Counted from the stretch's first letter, positions 27,657-37,659 are shown. The stretch: 64,000 bases of DNA from Candidatus Aminicenantes bacterium (GCA_963764745.1 CAVXTN010000005.1:262361-326360); one strand, 5' to 3'. Notes: generated by a model not told the origin, from the letters alone. Translations and numbers: made by a program.

Positions 27657-29835
27657 ATGAGTGCCAACGAAAAAAAGTACGACATTGAAAAGATCAGGGC
27701 CGGCCACAAGGTGCTGAAGGAATTCACCTACGAGTTGAAGCCGGTGGTCAGGGGCTACAACGACCGCACCCTGTACATCGACCTCGCCACCCGGGAGATC
27801 AAGATCAAGCCTGTCCCGGCCGAGATGAAGAAAAAGTTCATCGGCGGCAAGGGCTACGACCTCAAGCTGCTCTGGGACGCGGTCAGCGGCAGCACGCGCT
27901 GGGACAGCCCCGAGAACGAGATCTGCATCGCCACCGGCCCCATCGCCGGCAACACCAACTACCCGGGCTCGGGCAAGTCCATCGTCACCACCATTTCGCC
28001 CGAGACCGGCATCCCCATCGACTGCAACGTCGGCGGCCACTTCGGCCCCTATCTGAAATTTTCCGGCTTCGACGCCATGGAGATCCAGGGCAAGTCGGAC
28101 CGCGAGGTCATCATCTTCATCGACGGCAACCTGGGCAAGATCCAGATCATGGAGGCGCCGCTCGAGGCCGTGGATTCCCACGTGGTGGCCGAGCAGCTGC
28201 ACGAGCTGTTCGCGGCCAACGAGCGCGAAAAGCAGCACGTGTCGGTGGTATCGGCCGGGCGCGGCTCCGAGCACACCTGGATCGGCTGCCTGAACTTCTC
28301 CTACTGGGACAAGCGCCGCAAGCTGCCGCGCCTGAAGCAGGCGGGACGCGGCGGCACCGGCACCGTCTTCCGCAACAAGAAGGTCAAGGCCCTGGTGGTC
28401 AAGTATTCCGGCCTGACCGGAAAATCGAACAACCCGGTGGACATGGAGACCCTGCAGAAGACCGGGCTGAAACTCCACAAGGAGAGTCATCAGCCTGGAC
28501 GACACAGCAGTGCCAGATGCGCACCATCGGCACCGCCCACCTGGTCGAGATCATGAACGACTACGACCTGCTGCCCACGAAGAATTTCCGCTTCGGCAGC
28601 CACCCCGAGGCGGTCAAGCTGGCCTCCTGGGTCTGGAAAGAGAAATTCACGCAGAACGTCCCCGACGGCTGCTGGTTCGGCTGCACCATGTCCTGCGCCC
28701 ACGGCGTGGACAACTTCGAGCTGAAGACCGGCCCCTACAAGGGCCACAAGGTCCTGGTCGACGGCCCCGAATACGAGACCGTGGGCGGCTGCGGCTCCAA
28801 CCCGGCCATCTTCGATCCCGACGCCGTGATCGAGATCAACTTCTACTGCGATACCTACGGCATCGACACCATCTCCTTCGGCACCCTGACCGGCTTCCTC
28901 ATGGACTGCTACGAGAACGGCATCCTGAACAAGGAGCGCACCGGCGGCCTGGAGATGACCTGGGGCAACTGGCGGGCGGCCCTGGAGCTGATGCACCAGA
29001 TGGCGCGCGGCGAAGGCTTCGGCCTGATCGCCGGCAAGGGCGTCAAGTTCATGCAGGAATACTTTGTCAAGGAATACGGCGCCGACGCCCAGTTCCTCAA
29101 GGACATCGGCATGCACGGCAAGGGGCTGGAGCAGTCCGAATACATGTCCAAGGAGTCGCTGGCCCAGCAGGGCGGCTACTACCTGACCAACAAGGGGCCG
29201 CAGCACGACGAGGCCTGGCTGATCTTCATGGACATGGTCAACAACATGATCCCCACCTTCGAGAAGAAGGCCGAGGCCCTGCACTATTTCCCGGTGTTCC
29301 GCACCTGGTTCTGGCTGCAGGGGCTTGTGCAAGCTGCCCTGGAACGACGTCGAGCCGGCCGACAACGCCAAGCAGGACGAGCCCAACAAGGTGCCCGAGC
29401 ACGTGCAGAACTACGTCGACATCTTCAACGCCATCACCGGCGAGAAGATCGACAAGAAGGAACTGATGATGCAGTCGGAGCGGGTTTACAATTTCCAGCG
29501 CGTCTTCAACCTGAAGATGGGCCACGGCAAACGCCCCGAGGATTATCCGCCCTACCGCGCCATGGGGCCGGTCACGGTCGAGGAATACGAGTCGCGCGCC
29601 GAGCGCTACGACAAGGCGCTGCAGGAAAAGCAGAACATCGACCCGGCAGGGCAAGAGCACCGAGGAGAAGATCAAGCTGCTGCGCCAGTACCGCGAAGCG
29701 CAGTACGAGAGCCTGATCGACGCCGTGTTCAAGCGCCGCGGCTGGTCCCCGGACGGCGTGCCCACGGTCGAGCACCTGAAAGAGATCGGCATGGACCTGC
29801 CCGACGTGCTCGAGCTGGTAAAAAAGCATTTATAA
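27657..29835 (+). pseudogene. aor: Aldehyde:ferredoxin oxidoreductase family (tungsto-/molybdopterin) enzyme, about four +1 frame breaks
   Basis: Fragments: 27657.. (RGYNDRTLYIDL...GGKGYDLKLLWD...), VISLDDT at 28486-28506 in the intermediate frame, 28517.. (MRTIGTAHLVEIMNDYDLLPTKNFRFG...DGPEYETVGGCGSN...), 29325.. (CKLPWNDVEP...RVYNFQRVFN...), and a final stretch GKSTEEKIKLLRQYREAQYESLIDAVFKRRGWSPDGVPT...KKHL ending at TAA 29833-29835. Starts mod 3 are 0, 1, 2, 0, 1. Confidence 0.9.
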
Positions 29836-29858
29836 GTATGGGATAGGATTTTCGTAGT

Positions 29859-29967
29859 GTAGGGGCGGTTTCCCCATAAAGGGGACACGCGCGAACCGCC
29901 CTTTTTTAACATCTGATTCAATGCGGGAGGGTTCGCGTCCCCTTCGGTGGATGAAACCCTCCCCTAC
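29859..29967. repeat. GTAGGGGC...CCCCTAC palindromic element, copy 1 (two inverted half-units)
   Basis: GTAGGGGCGGTTTCCCCATAAAGGGGACACGCGCGAACCGCCC spans 29859-29901. An inverted, similar unit GGGAGGGTT...AACCCTCCCCTAC spans 29925-29967. The central part, CCGCCCTTTTTT...ATTCAATG, is shared with copy 2. Confidence 0.55.
29863..29907 (+). terminator. Rho-independent terminator after AOR (formed by the left half of repeat element 1)
   Basis: GGGCGGTT (29863-70) pairs with AACCGCCC (29894-901). The loop contains the mini-hairpin CCCCataaaGGGG. The stem is followed by TTTTTT (29902-07). Confidence 0.6.
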
Positions 29968-30006
29968 ATGTAGAATAAATCCCCAAGCCTTCTCATATTT
30001 TCCGTA

Positions 30007-30036
30007 TTGACATTTCCGTCAATATGTATTTATAAT
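30007..30036 (+). promoter_or_regulatory. vapBC promoter with overlapping operator palindrome
   Basis: TTGACA (30007-12), an 18-nt spacer, then TATAAT (30031-36). The inverted repeat ATTGAC-N6-GTCAAT (30006-30023) overlaps the -35 box, as expected for antitoxin autoregulation. Confidence 0.6.
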
Positions 30037-30053
30037 ACAGATTGGAGATGCAG

Positions 30054-30257
30054 ATGAGGACAACACTTAATATTTCTGAAAACATGCTGGGGGAGATTTC
30101 CAGGCTCTCCGGGGTGAAGTGCAAGACCGAGATCATCGACAAGGCCTTGCGCGAAATGCTGGACCGGCTCAGGCGGCAGAAACTGAAAGGGGCATGGGGG
30201 AAAATCGCCATTGATCTGAACGTGCGGGAACTCAGGCGGAGAGAACTGGATGAATGA
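30054..30257 (+). CDS. vapB: VapB-type antitoxin (MRTTLNI... ribbon-helix-helix-like / DUF2191 type)
   Basis: ORF 30042..30257. MRTTLNISENMLGEISRLSGVKCKTEIIDKALREML matches the VapB antitoxin pattern. It overlaps vapC by 8 nt. Confidence 0.8.
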   Translation: MRTTLNISENMLGEISRLSGVKCKTEIIDKALREMLDRLRRQKLKGAWGKIAIDLNVRELRRRELDE

Positions 30258-30654
30258 CTACCTGGTGGATACCTCGGTCTGGGTTGAGTTCCTGCGCGGA
30301 GAGAAGGTCACCATCAAGAAACGACTGGAAAATCTGCTGGATGAAAACCGGGCGGTTGTTGCGGGAATCATATTGGCAGAATTGCTGACCGGAATTCACA
30401 ATGATAAGGATCGGGATTTTCTTGAAGAATCATTTCTTGGAATGCCTTTCCTGGAAGCGACCCGCGACATATTCGCAATGGCGGGGAAAATGGGGGCAAC
30501 GTTGCGCAAAAAAGGCATCACCTTGCCCATCTCCGATCTCTTGATCGCCGCCCTGGCCAAGGCGCACTCCCTGACGGTGCTGACCCTGGACAACCATTTT
30601 CTGAGCTTGGCACGGCCCCTCGGCGTGCAGATGGAGTTATTGAAAGGGTTTTAA
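30250..30654 (+). CDS. vapC: PIN-domain toxin VapC
   Basis: 134 aa. YLVDTSVWVEFLRG supplies the first acidic residue, and AELLTG and ISDLLIAALA are also present. The layout is typical of a PIN domain. Confidence 0.9.
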   Translation: MNDYLVDTSVWVEFLRGEKVTIKKRLENLLDENRAVVAGIILAELLTGIHNDKDRDFLEESFLGMPFLEATRDIFAMAGKMGATLRKKGITLPISDLLIAALAKAHSLTVLTLDNHFLSLARPLGVQMELLKGF

Positions 30655-30655
30655 C

Positions 30656-30749
30656 GTAGGGGCTGACCCCTGTGTCCGCCCTTTCTTCATTCAATCGAAA
30701 AGATCGCTTTGACCCCCAAAGCAGGGCAGGCACAGTGGCCTGCCCCTAC
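30656..30749. repeat. GTAGGGGC...GCCCCTAC palindromic element, copy 2
   Basis: It starts GTAGGGGCTGACCCCTGTGTCCGCCC and ends with the hairpin GGGCAGGC-acagtg-GCCTGCCC plus CTAC. The internal CCGCCCTTTCTTCATTCAATCG parallels copy 1. It begins 2 nt after the vapC stop. Confidence 0.55.
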
Positions 30750-30775
30750 AAAAAGACAATCAATTTTAGGAAAAT

Positions 30776-31495
30776 TTAATCAAACACCTTCTCCAGGGCC
30801 TGGTAGGCGCTATGGACTCTTTCGACCAGGGCAGGAATGTCTTTCTCCAGGCACGACTTGCCCGCGGCTTCCAGGGCCTGGGTCTCGGCGAGCAGCTTGG
30901 CGGCGGCAGCCTTGAAGGCCTCGGTTTTGGCGGCCAGGCGCGGAGATAGCTCGGCCTTGACAATGGCTTCGGCCTTGGCGACCATGTCGGCGGCCACAGC
31001 GCAGATCTCGGCGATCTTCTTCTCCGGCAGGTACTTGTGATAGACGACATACAGCGCCCGGTGATAGGCGTCCACTTCCCTGGCCACCGGGCGGATGGCC
31101 CGGATCAGCATCTCGTAGCGCTTGTGCAGCAGTTCGGCCGCATCGAGCAGCGCCTGGTCATCACTGCCGGCGGCGGCCTTCTTATAGGCGTCGACCGCCT
31201 GGTTGAGCTCGGCCAGCCCGCTTTCCCAGGCCGGTTTCTTCTCGCGCAGGATGCCGGGCAGGGCGGCGGCGTTGATCTTGGCCACCCCGGCCTCGATCTC
31301 GGGCAGGAAGCCGCGCAGGGCCGCGTAATCCTTGGCCGGGAAGGCGGTATGCCAGATCGGATAGATCACGTCGTGAAATTCGACCAGCTCCGGGACCGTG
31401 CTCTCGGTCTCGGGATTCGGCATCTGTTCGGCGAGCAGAACAAAACCCAGGCTCAACATAAGAACAAACAAGACAAAACGGGTTATTTTAAACAT
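30776..31495 (-). CDS. Membrane-anchored/secreted all-helical protein with internal duplication, unknown function
   Basis: ATG at 31495 after GGAGGA, giving MFKITRFVLFVLMLSLGFVLLAEQ. Two ~100-aa halves align. FHDVIYPIWHTAFPAKDY...LLHKRYEMLIRAI matches YHRALYVVYHKYLPEKKI...RVHSAYQALEKVF. The rest of ORF 30776..32212 is antisense to sdhB. Confidence 0.75.
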   Translation of the reverse strand: MFKITRFVLFVLMLSLGFVLLAEQMPNPETESTVPELVEFHDVIYPIWHTAFPAKDYAALRGFLPEIEAGVAKINAAALPGILREKKPAWESGLAELNQAVDAYKKAAAGSDDQALLDAAELLHKRYEMLIRAIRPVAREVDAYHRALYVVYHKYLPEKKIAEICAVAADMVAKAEAIVKAELSPRLAAKTEAFKAAAAKLLAETQALEAAGKSCLEKDIPALVERVHSAYQALEKVFD

Positions 31496-31532
31496 CTTTT
31501 CCTCCATAAAATTTTTGGTTTTTGTTATGCAA

Positions 31533-31557
31533 GGGCGGGGGCAAGCCCCGCCCCTAC
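31533..31557. repeat. Hairpin related to the GCCCCTAC repeat family
   Basis: GGGCGGGGGCAAGCCCCGCCCCTAC is followed by AAAAAATC. Copy 2 ends similarly (GCCCCTACAAAAAGAC). It lies between sdhB and the helical-protein gene. Confidence 0.4.
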
Positions 31558-31569
31558 AAAAAATCAATA

Positions 31570-32277
31570 TTATAGCGAATTCTCGACCACCTTGACCTTC
31601 AGGCGCGACAGGTACTCGGTGATCTTGATCTTCTTGGGGCAGGCCTCCATGCAGTTGAAGATGGTGTGGCAGCGCCAGACGCCGTTCTTGTCGTTGACGA
31701 TATCGATGCGCTGGTCGGCGCCGTCGTCGCGGCTGTCGAAAATGAAGCGGTAGGCCTTGAGCAGGGCGGCGGGGCCGAGATAGTCCTGGTTGGGCCAGGA
31801 GCTGGGGCAGGCGGCGCTGCAGGCGGCGCAGAGGATGCACAGGGTCGACTCGCCGATCGCCTCCAGCTGGGCCGGCGACTGGATAAACTCCTTGTCGGGC
31901 AGCGGCTTGTCCAGGATCAGGTAGGGCTTGATCCGCTTCAGCTTGGCGAAGAAGGGCTCCAGGTCGACGGCCAGGTCCTTGATGATGTCGAAGCCGGACA
32001 GGGGCTCGATCTTCAGTTTTTTGCCGAAGCGGTGGATCGGCGTTTCGCAGGCCAGCACGTTGCGGCCGTTGACCTTCATGGCGCAGGAGCCGCAGATGGA
32101 ACTGCGGCAGGAGCGGCGGTAGGCCAGGGTGCCGTCGTGCTGCCAGTGGATCTCGTTGAGCACGTCCAGAATGGTCGATTCGTCCTCGACCGCGATGTCG
32201 AACACCTGCCAATGCGGTTTTTCGTCTTTTCCCGGCTGGTATCTCAATATTTTAACGTTGATATCGATCATGGCCAT
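31570..32277 (-). CDS. sdhB: Succinate dehydrogenase/fumarate reductase iron-sulfur subunit
   Basis: Intact 235 aa with cluster motifs CRSSICGSCAMKVNG, CILCAACSAACP and CHTIFNCMEACP. Confidence 0.9.
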   Translation of the reverse strand: MAMIDINVKILRYQPGKDEKPHWQVFDIAVEDESTILDVLNEIHWQHDGTLAYRRSCRSSICGSCAMKVNGRNVLACETPIHRFGKKLKIEPLSGFDIIKDLAVDLEPFFAKLKRIKPYLILDKPLPDKEFIQSPAQLEAIGESTLCILCAACSAACPSSWPNQDYLGPAALLKAYRFIFDSRDDGADQRIDIVNDKNGVWRCHTIFNCMEACPKKIKITEYLSRLKVKVVENSL

Positions 32278-32289
32278 GGTGCATCCTCC

Positions 32290-34025
32290 TTAATATTTCC
32301 TTTCCTGGGGCTGGTACTGCGGGTAAATGACCACCGCCTTGCTGTAGTCCAGAACGATCTTGCCGTCGCGGCGCCAGGCCAGCGTGTGCTTCAGCCACTC
32401 GCCGTCGTTGCGCTTGGGGAAATCGCTGCGGAAATGGGCGCCGCGCGACTCCTTGCGCGCCAGGGCCCCTTCGACGATCACTTCCGAGAAGCTGAGCAGG
32501 TTCTCCAGCTCCAGGGCCTCGATCAGGTCCAGGTTGAAGACGTCGCCGCGGTCGTCCACGGTCACCTGCCGGTAGCGCTCCTGCAGCTCCTTGATGATGG
32601 CCAGCATTTTCAGCATGTCGTCCTGGTTGCGGAACACGCCCATGTACTTGGTCATGTTCACCTGCAGCTTCTCGCGGATGGGGGCGTGCCGTTCCTTGCC
32701 CTGGCCGCTGCCACAAGCGGTCGATCTTGCCCTGGGCGGCCTCCAGCGGCTTGGCCGGAAGTTCGCTGAAGCCGTTTTCCCGGCAGAACTCGGTCATGTG
32801 GATGCCGGCGATCCTGCCGAAGGTGGCGGCATCCTGGAGGGAGTTGCAGCCCAGGCGGTTGGCGCCGTGCAGGGACAGGCAGGAGGTCTCGCCGGCCGTG
32901 TACAATCCCTTGACCACCGTGCCCTTGGCGTCCTTGATCACCTCGGTGCGCACGTTGGCCGGGATGCCGCCCATGGAATAATGGGCCGTGGGCTGGATGG
33001 GGACGGGCTCATCGATGGCGTCGACCTTCAGGTAGTTCAGGGCCAGGTCGTGGATCTGCGGCAGGCGCTCCAGGATCTTCTTCCTGCCCAGGTGGCGCAG
33101 GTCGAGGTAGACGTAATCCTTGCCGCCGATGCCGCGGCCTTCGTTGATCTCGGTCTGTTCCGAGCGGGAAACGATGTCGCGCGGCGCCAGTTCCATCTTG
33201 GCCGCCGCGTAGGTCTTCATGAAACGCTCGCCCTGGTCATTGACGATATAGGCCCCCTCGCCGCGGGCGGCCTCGGAGAGCAGGATGCCGTGCTTGTACA
33301 ACCCGGTGGGGTGGAACTGGACGAATTCCATGTCCTCCAGCGGCAGGCCGGCTTCGAGCACCAGGGCCACGCCGTCGCCGGTGTTGGCATGGGCGTTGGA
33401 CGTGACCTTCCAGGCGCGGCCGTAGCCGCCGGTGGCCAGCAAAACGGCGCGGGCGTGAAAAATGTGCAGGCCGCCGTTGCGGATATCCCAGGCCACCAGG
33501 CCCCGGGACACGTCCTCCTGGACCAGCAGCGACAGCACCTGGAATTCGTTGAAAAAAAGGACATTGTGCTGCAGGCACTGCTCGTAGAGGGTATGCAGCA
33601 GAACGTGGCCGGTGATGTCCTGGGCGAAACAGGCGCGCGGCGAGGAGTGGCCGCCGAAGGGGCGCTGGTTGATCCGGCCGTCGTCGGTGCGCGAAAAGGG
33701 GACGCCCATGTGTTCGAATTCGTAGACGGTCTTGCAGCGCCTCGTTGACGAAGCGCTCGATGATATCCTGGTCGGCCAGGTAGTCGCTGCCCTTGATGGT
33801 GTCGAACATGTGCGATTCCAGCGAATCCTCCCCCACGTTGGCCAGGGCCGCGGCGATGCCGCCCTGGGCCCCGCCCGAGTGGGAGCGGGTCGGGTAGACC
33901 TTGCTGACCACCGCCGCCGACAGGCCGCTCTTGGCGACTTCCAGGGCGGCGCGCAGGCCGGCCAGGCCGGCGCCGACGATCACGGCGTCGATCTTATGGT
34001 AATTTCTTGCTTCTTCGATTTTCAT
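32290..34025 (-). pseudogene. sdhA: Succinate dehydrogenase/fumarate reductase flavoprotein subunit, two +1 frame breaks
   Basis: [27 protein letters not shown]...[10 protein letters not shown]...RFVNEA is in the frame of 34484. [22 protein letters not shown]...HPTG...GETSCLSLHGANRLG...AAQGKIDRL is in 33709. GKERHAPIREKLQVNMTKYMGVFRN...ESRGAHFR... is in 32661. Upper ends mod 3 are 2, 1, 0. AGGAG lies upstream of the ATG at 34025. Confidence 0.9.
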
Positions 34026-34036
34026 GGGTTCACTCC

Positions 34037-34411
34037 TTAGGCAACCGGCAGGGTGTAGAGCTTGATGATGGTCAGGGTGCCGACGAACAGCAGCACCACG
34101 CCGACCGTCAGCAACAGGCTGTACCAGACCAGGCGCCAGAACTTGCTGGACGTATAATCCTCCATCACGGACCAGAGCCCGTTCAGGCCGTGATACAGCG
34201 CCGTGAACAGGAAGGCGAACTGCAGCAGCGGGAACCACCAATAGCCGGCCCGCTCGATCACCCAGTGATAGCTCACCGCTTTGCCCTTGCCGAGGAAATG
34301 GTAGGTCACGAAATGGAGCAGCAGCAGGATGAACAAAATGACCGCCGAGATGCGCTGCAGCAGCCAGGCCAGCGAGCCGGCGCGCGAAGTTTGCTTGAAA
34401 TTCTTGTCCAT
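34037..34411 (-). CDS. sdhD: Succinate dehydrogenase membrane anchor subunit (SdhD-like)
   Basis: ATG at 34411 ([34 protein letters not shown]...). It has three predicted TM helices and sits between sdhC and sdhA. Confidence 0.75.
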   Translation of the reverse strand: MDKNFKQTSRAGSLAWLLQRISAVILFILLLLHFVTYHFLGKGKAVSYHWVIERAGYWWFPLLQFAFLFTALYHGLNGLWSVMEDYTSSKFWRLVWYSLLLTVGVVLLFVGTLTIIKLYTLPVA

Positions 34412-34422
34412 GGTGGCCTCCT

Positions 34423-34821
34423 CTACAACACGTGCGACAGGAGCACGTACGAGCCCAGCGCCCACAGGATAAAGGCCACGGCAATCAACGCGACGAACAG
34501 CTTCTTGTGCGCCAGCGAACCCTTGAAAAAATCGACGATCACGATGCGCACGCCGTTGAAGGCATGGAACAGGATGACCCCCCACAAGCCGACTTCCAGG
34601 AGCTTGAACGGGGTGCTGTTCAGGAACGTCATGACGTTGTTGAACGTCTGCTCGCCATAGGTCAGGCTGTTGATGACCCAGATATGCAGGCACAGGTAAA
34701 AAATCAGCGCCAGGCCGGCAAGCCGGTGCAGGACCCAGGCCCAGGAGCCGACGAAATTGTAATAGGTGAAATCATAAAAACGCGTTCTTTTGTACAAGCT
34801 GTTCCTCCTTAAAGTAAACAT
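34423..34821 (-). CDS. sdhC: Succinate dehydrogenase cytochrome b subunit (SdhC-like)
   Basis: 132 aa, hydrophobic, with His-containing helices ([28 protein letters not shown]). It is the first gene of the sdhCDAB operon. Confidence 0.8.
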   Translation of the reverse strand: MFTLRRNSLYKRTRFYDFTYYNFVGSWAWVLHRLAGLALIFYLCLHIWVINSLTYGEQTFNNVMTFLNSTPFKLLEVGLWGVILFHAFNGVRIVIVDFFKGSLAHKKLFVALIAVAFILWALGSYVLLSHVL

Positions 34822-34870
34822 GCAAGAAAAGACATTTTAATATTTTTAAAAAACATCTGCAACCGCATAT

Positions 34871-34899
34871 TTGACATTTGCAGCAAAAAAAAATATTTT
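34871..34899 (+). promoter_or_regulatory. Candidate promoter of the GGDEF gene (possibly leaderless transcript)
   Basis: TTGACA (34871-76), a 17-nt spacer, then TATTTT (34894-99). The ATG at 34906 lies about 7 nt after the -10 box, and there is no properly spaced Shine-Dalgarno. Confidence 0.4.
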
Positions 34900-34905
34900 A
34901 TAGGA

Positions 34906-36081
34906 ATGGAAATTCAAGCCGCCGCTTCAGCCGGCGAACTCCAGCACCCCGATATCCTGGCCCTGAAACACATGTTCGAAAAGAACCACTGGCTGATCCG
35001 CATCCGCTGGATATACCCGGTCTTCATCGTCATCTTCTTCCTGGTCTACTTTTTGCTGGCCGGCCATACCCTGATCAGCCCGCGCGACGCGCTGCTGGTT
35101 TTCCTGCTGCCGGTCATCGTCAATTTCCTTTTCATGCTGGATCTCCGCAAAAAAGAAAAACTGGGCGGCCACCTGCCCGAATACGACAACCTGCTGCGCC
35201 TGGTTTCGCTCCAGCTCGATTTCGACCTGGTGGCCCTGGCCGTGACCGTATTTTTTTCCGGCGGCCTGAACAGCCCGATCATCGCCATGTTCATCGTGTA
35301 CATCATGATCTCCACCTTCCTGGTCAACTACCACAAGGCTTTCCGCAACACCCTGGAGGCCATGCTCCTGCTCCTGGCCATCGCCTTGCTGCAAAACAGC
35401 GAAATTTTTTTTTCCAGCCAGCAGATCATGAACATGCTGGCCTTCGACTTCATGTTCGTTTTCACCTATTTTGTTTCCGGATACCTTTCCAAAAACCTGC
35501 GCAACAACGAAGACCTGCTCAAAAAACTGCTGCAGCAGACCCGGGAGCTTTCCATCAGCGACGGGCTGACCGGCCTGTACAACCAGATGCATTTCTTCGA
35601 GCTCCTGGACCTGGAGACAAAAAAATCGCTGCGCTACAACCTGAATTACTCGTTGATCATCTTCGATGTCGACCATTTCAAGAATTTCAATGACAGCAAC
35701 GGCCACCTGCGCGGTTCGGAGACTTTGAAGGACATCGGCGGCATCATGAAAAACAAATTCCGCTCCACCGACCTGCTGGCCAAGTACGGCGGCGATGAAT
35801 TCGTGATCATCCTGCCCCAGACCGACAAGGTCGGGGCCTACCTGGCCGCGGAAAGGCTGCGCGAAAGCGTTGAAAAGAGGGTTTTTCCAGGCGCCGAAAC
35901 CCAGCCGCAAAAAAAGATCACCATCTCCATCGGCCTGGCCTCCTATCCGGAACACGGGCTGACCGACGAGGAGATCTTGAACCATGCCGATAAAGCATTA
36001 TATTTCGCCAAGGAGTCGGGGCGCAATCGCACCATCATCTACAATGACAACATCGAAAAAGAACTGGAAGAATTCAGCTGA
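34906..36081 (+). CDS. Membrane-bound diguanylate cyclase (GGDEF domain)
   Basis: Intact 391 aa. The N-terminal part has about 5-6 TM helices. The C-terminal part reads DGLTGLYNQMHFFE...FDVDHFKNFNDSNGHLRGSE...YGGDEFVIILP. Confidence 0.9.
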   Translation: MEIQAAASAGELQHPDILALKHMFEKNHWLIRIRWIYPVFIVIFFLVYFLLAGHTLISPRDALLVFLLPVIVNFLFMLDLRKKEKLGGHLPEYDNLLRLVSLQLDFDLVALAVTVFFSGGLNSPIIAMFIVYIMISTFLVNYHKAFRNTLEAMLLLLAIALLQNSEIFFSSQQIMNMLAFDFMFVFTYFVSGYLSKNLRNNEDLLKKLLQQTRELSISDGLTGLYNQMHFFELLDLETKKSLRYNLNYSLIIFDVDHFKNFNDSNGHLRGSETLKDIGGIMKNKFRSTDLLAKYGGDEFVIILPQTDKVGAYLAAERLRESVEKRVFPGAETQPQKKITISIGLASYPEHGLTDEEILNHADKALYFAKESGRNRTIIYNDNIEKELEEFS

Positions 36082-36119
36082 ACCCCCGAGAGCGGGCAAG
36101 GCATCGCCTGAGCGGGAGG

Positions 36120-37659
36120 GTGGTCATGGCCATTGAACGCTCCAGCGGTCTGCTGCTGCACATCACTTCCCTGGCCGGCAAGTACGGCTGCGGCACCCTG
36201 GGCGAGGAGGCCGATGATTTCATCGCTTTCCTGGCCGCCGCCGGCCAGTCCTACTGGCAGGTCCTGCCGCTGGGACCGGTATGTTCGCACTGGTATTTTT
36301 CGCCTTATTCGTCGCCCTCGGCGTTCGCCGGCAACGAACTGCTGATCAGCCCCGGGAAGCTCCACTCCCGTGGTTGGCTTGCCGCGACGGAGTTGCAGGC
36401 ATGCGAAGAGAGCCGGCTGAGCGATTTTTGCGGACCGCAAGCGGCGGCCGCAAGGAAAACGACCGTGCTGGCCGGCGCCGCCCGCCGGTTTTTCGCAGGC
36501 AGCGACCCCGCTGCCTCCGGCGCTTTCGAGCGCTTCCGCAGCGAGCACAGCCAATGGCTCGAAGATTACTCCCTGTTCCGGGCCCTGGCCGACCATTTCC
36601 AGACATTTCTGTGGACCGCCTGGCCCGCGGATATCGCCCGCCGCCAGGCAAAGGCCCTCGTCTACTGGCGGAACAAGCTGCAGGATGCGATCGACCTGCG
36701 CCAATTCGAGCAGTTCGTTTTTTTCGAACAATGGCAGGCGCTGAAAAAAACCGCCAACGACCATGGCATCCAGATCATCGGCGACATCCCCTTTTACGTC
36801 AATTTTGAAAGCGCCGACGCCTGGTCCCATCCCGAGATATTCCAGCTGGACGGGGCCAGCGGCTTGCCGGCCGCCGTGGCCGGCGTGCCGCCCGATTACT
36901 TCAGCGCCAGCGGCCAGCGCTGGGGGAACCCGCTTTACCAATGGCGGCGGGACGGAAAGCTGAACCCCGCCACCATGGCCTGGTGGACGGCCCGCATCCG
37001 TCATTTGCTGAAGCTGGTCGACGTTTTGCGCATCGATCATTTCCGGGGCTTCGACACCTACTGGGCCATCCCGGCCTCCGAGCCGACCGCGGTCAACGGC
37101 CAATGGCATCCGGGGCCCGGGCCGGCATTCTTCACCGCCCTGAAAAACCAGCTGGGGGACCTGCCCCTGGTCGCCGAAGACCTGGGCGAGCTCACGCCCG
37201 GGGTGGAAGCCCTGCGCGACCGCCTGGGTTTCCCGGGCATGAAGATCCTGCAATTCGCCTTTGACGGCCAGCGCGGCAATCCCTACCTGCCGCACAATTT
37301 CAAGAACGGCAATTGCCTGGTCTATACCGGCACCCACGACAACAACACCAGCAACGGCTGGTTTTACGGCCCGGAGACCAGCGAAGCGACGAAGCTGGCC
37401 ATCCTCGATTATATGAACCTGGGCCACCGCGACGAATTTCACTGGCAATTCATCCGCCTGGCCATGCAGTCGGTCGCCCGCCTGGCCATGTTCCCGGTGC
37501 AGGATATTCTGGGATACGACCAGCGCTTCCGCATGAATACCCCGGGCCGGGCCGAGGGCAATTGGAGCTGGCGCCTGACCCCCGGGGCCCTGACCGCGGA
37601 AATCGGCCGCCGGCTGCTCCATCTGACCGACCTTTACAACCGCAGGCCGCCCGGCCTGA
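36120..37659 (+). CDS. malQ: 4-alpha-glucanotransferase (amylomaltase, GH77); 3' end inferred
   Basis: SSGLLLHITSLAGKYGCGTLGEEADDFIAFLAAAGQSYWQVLPLGP, then HDNNT and PVQDILG, are GH77 hallmarks. The ORF as given runs on to 37838, through the next gene's start. One extra base in about 37627-37656 would place the stop at TGA 37657-37659, giving about 512 aa, a normal MalQ size. Confidence 0.85.
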
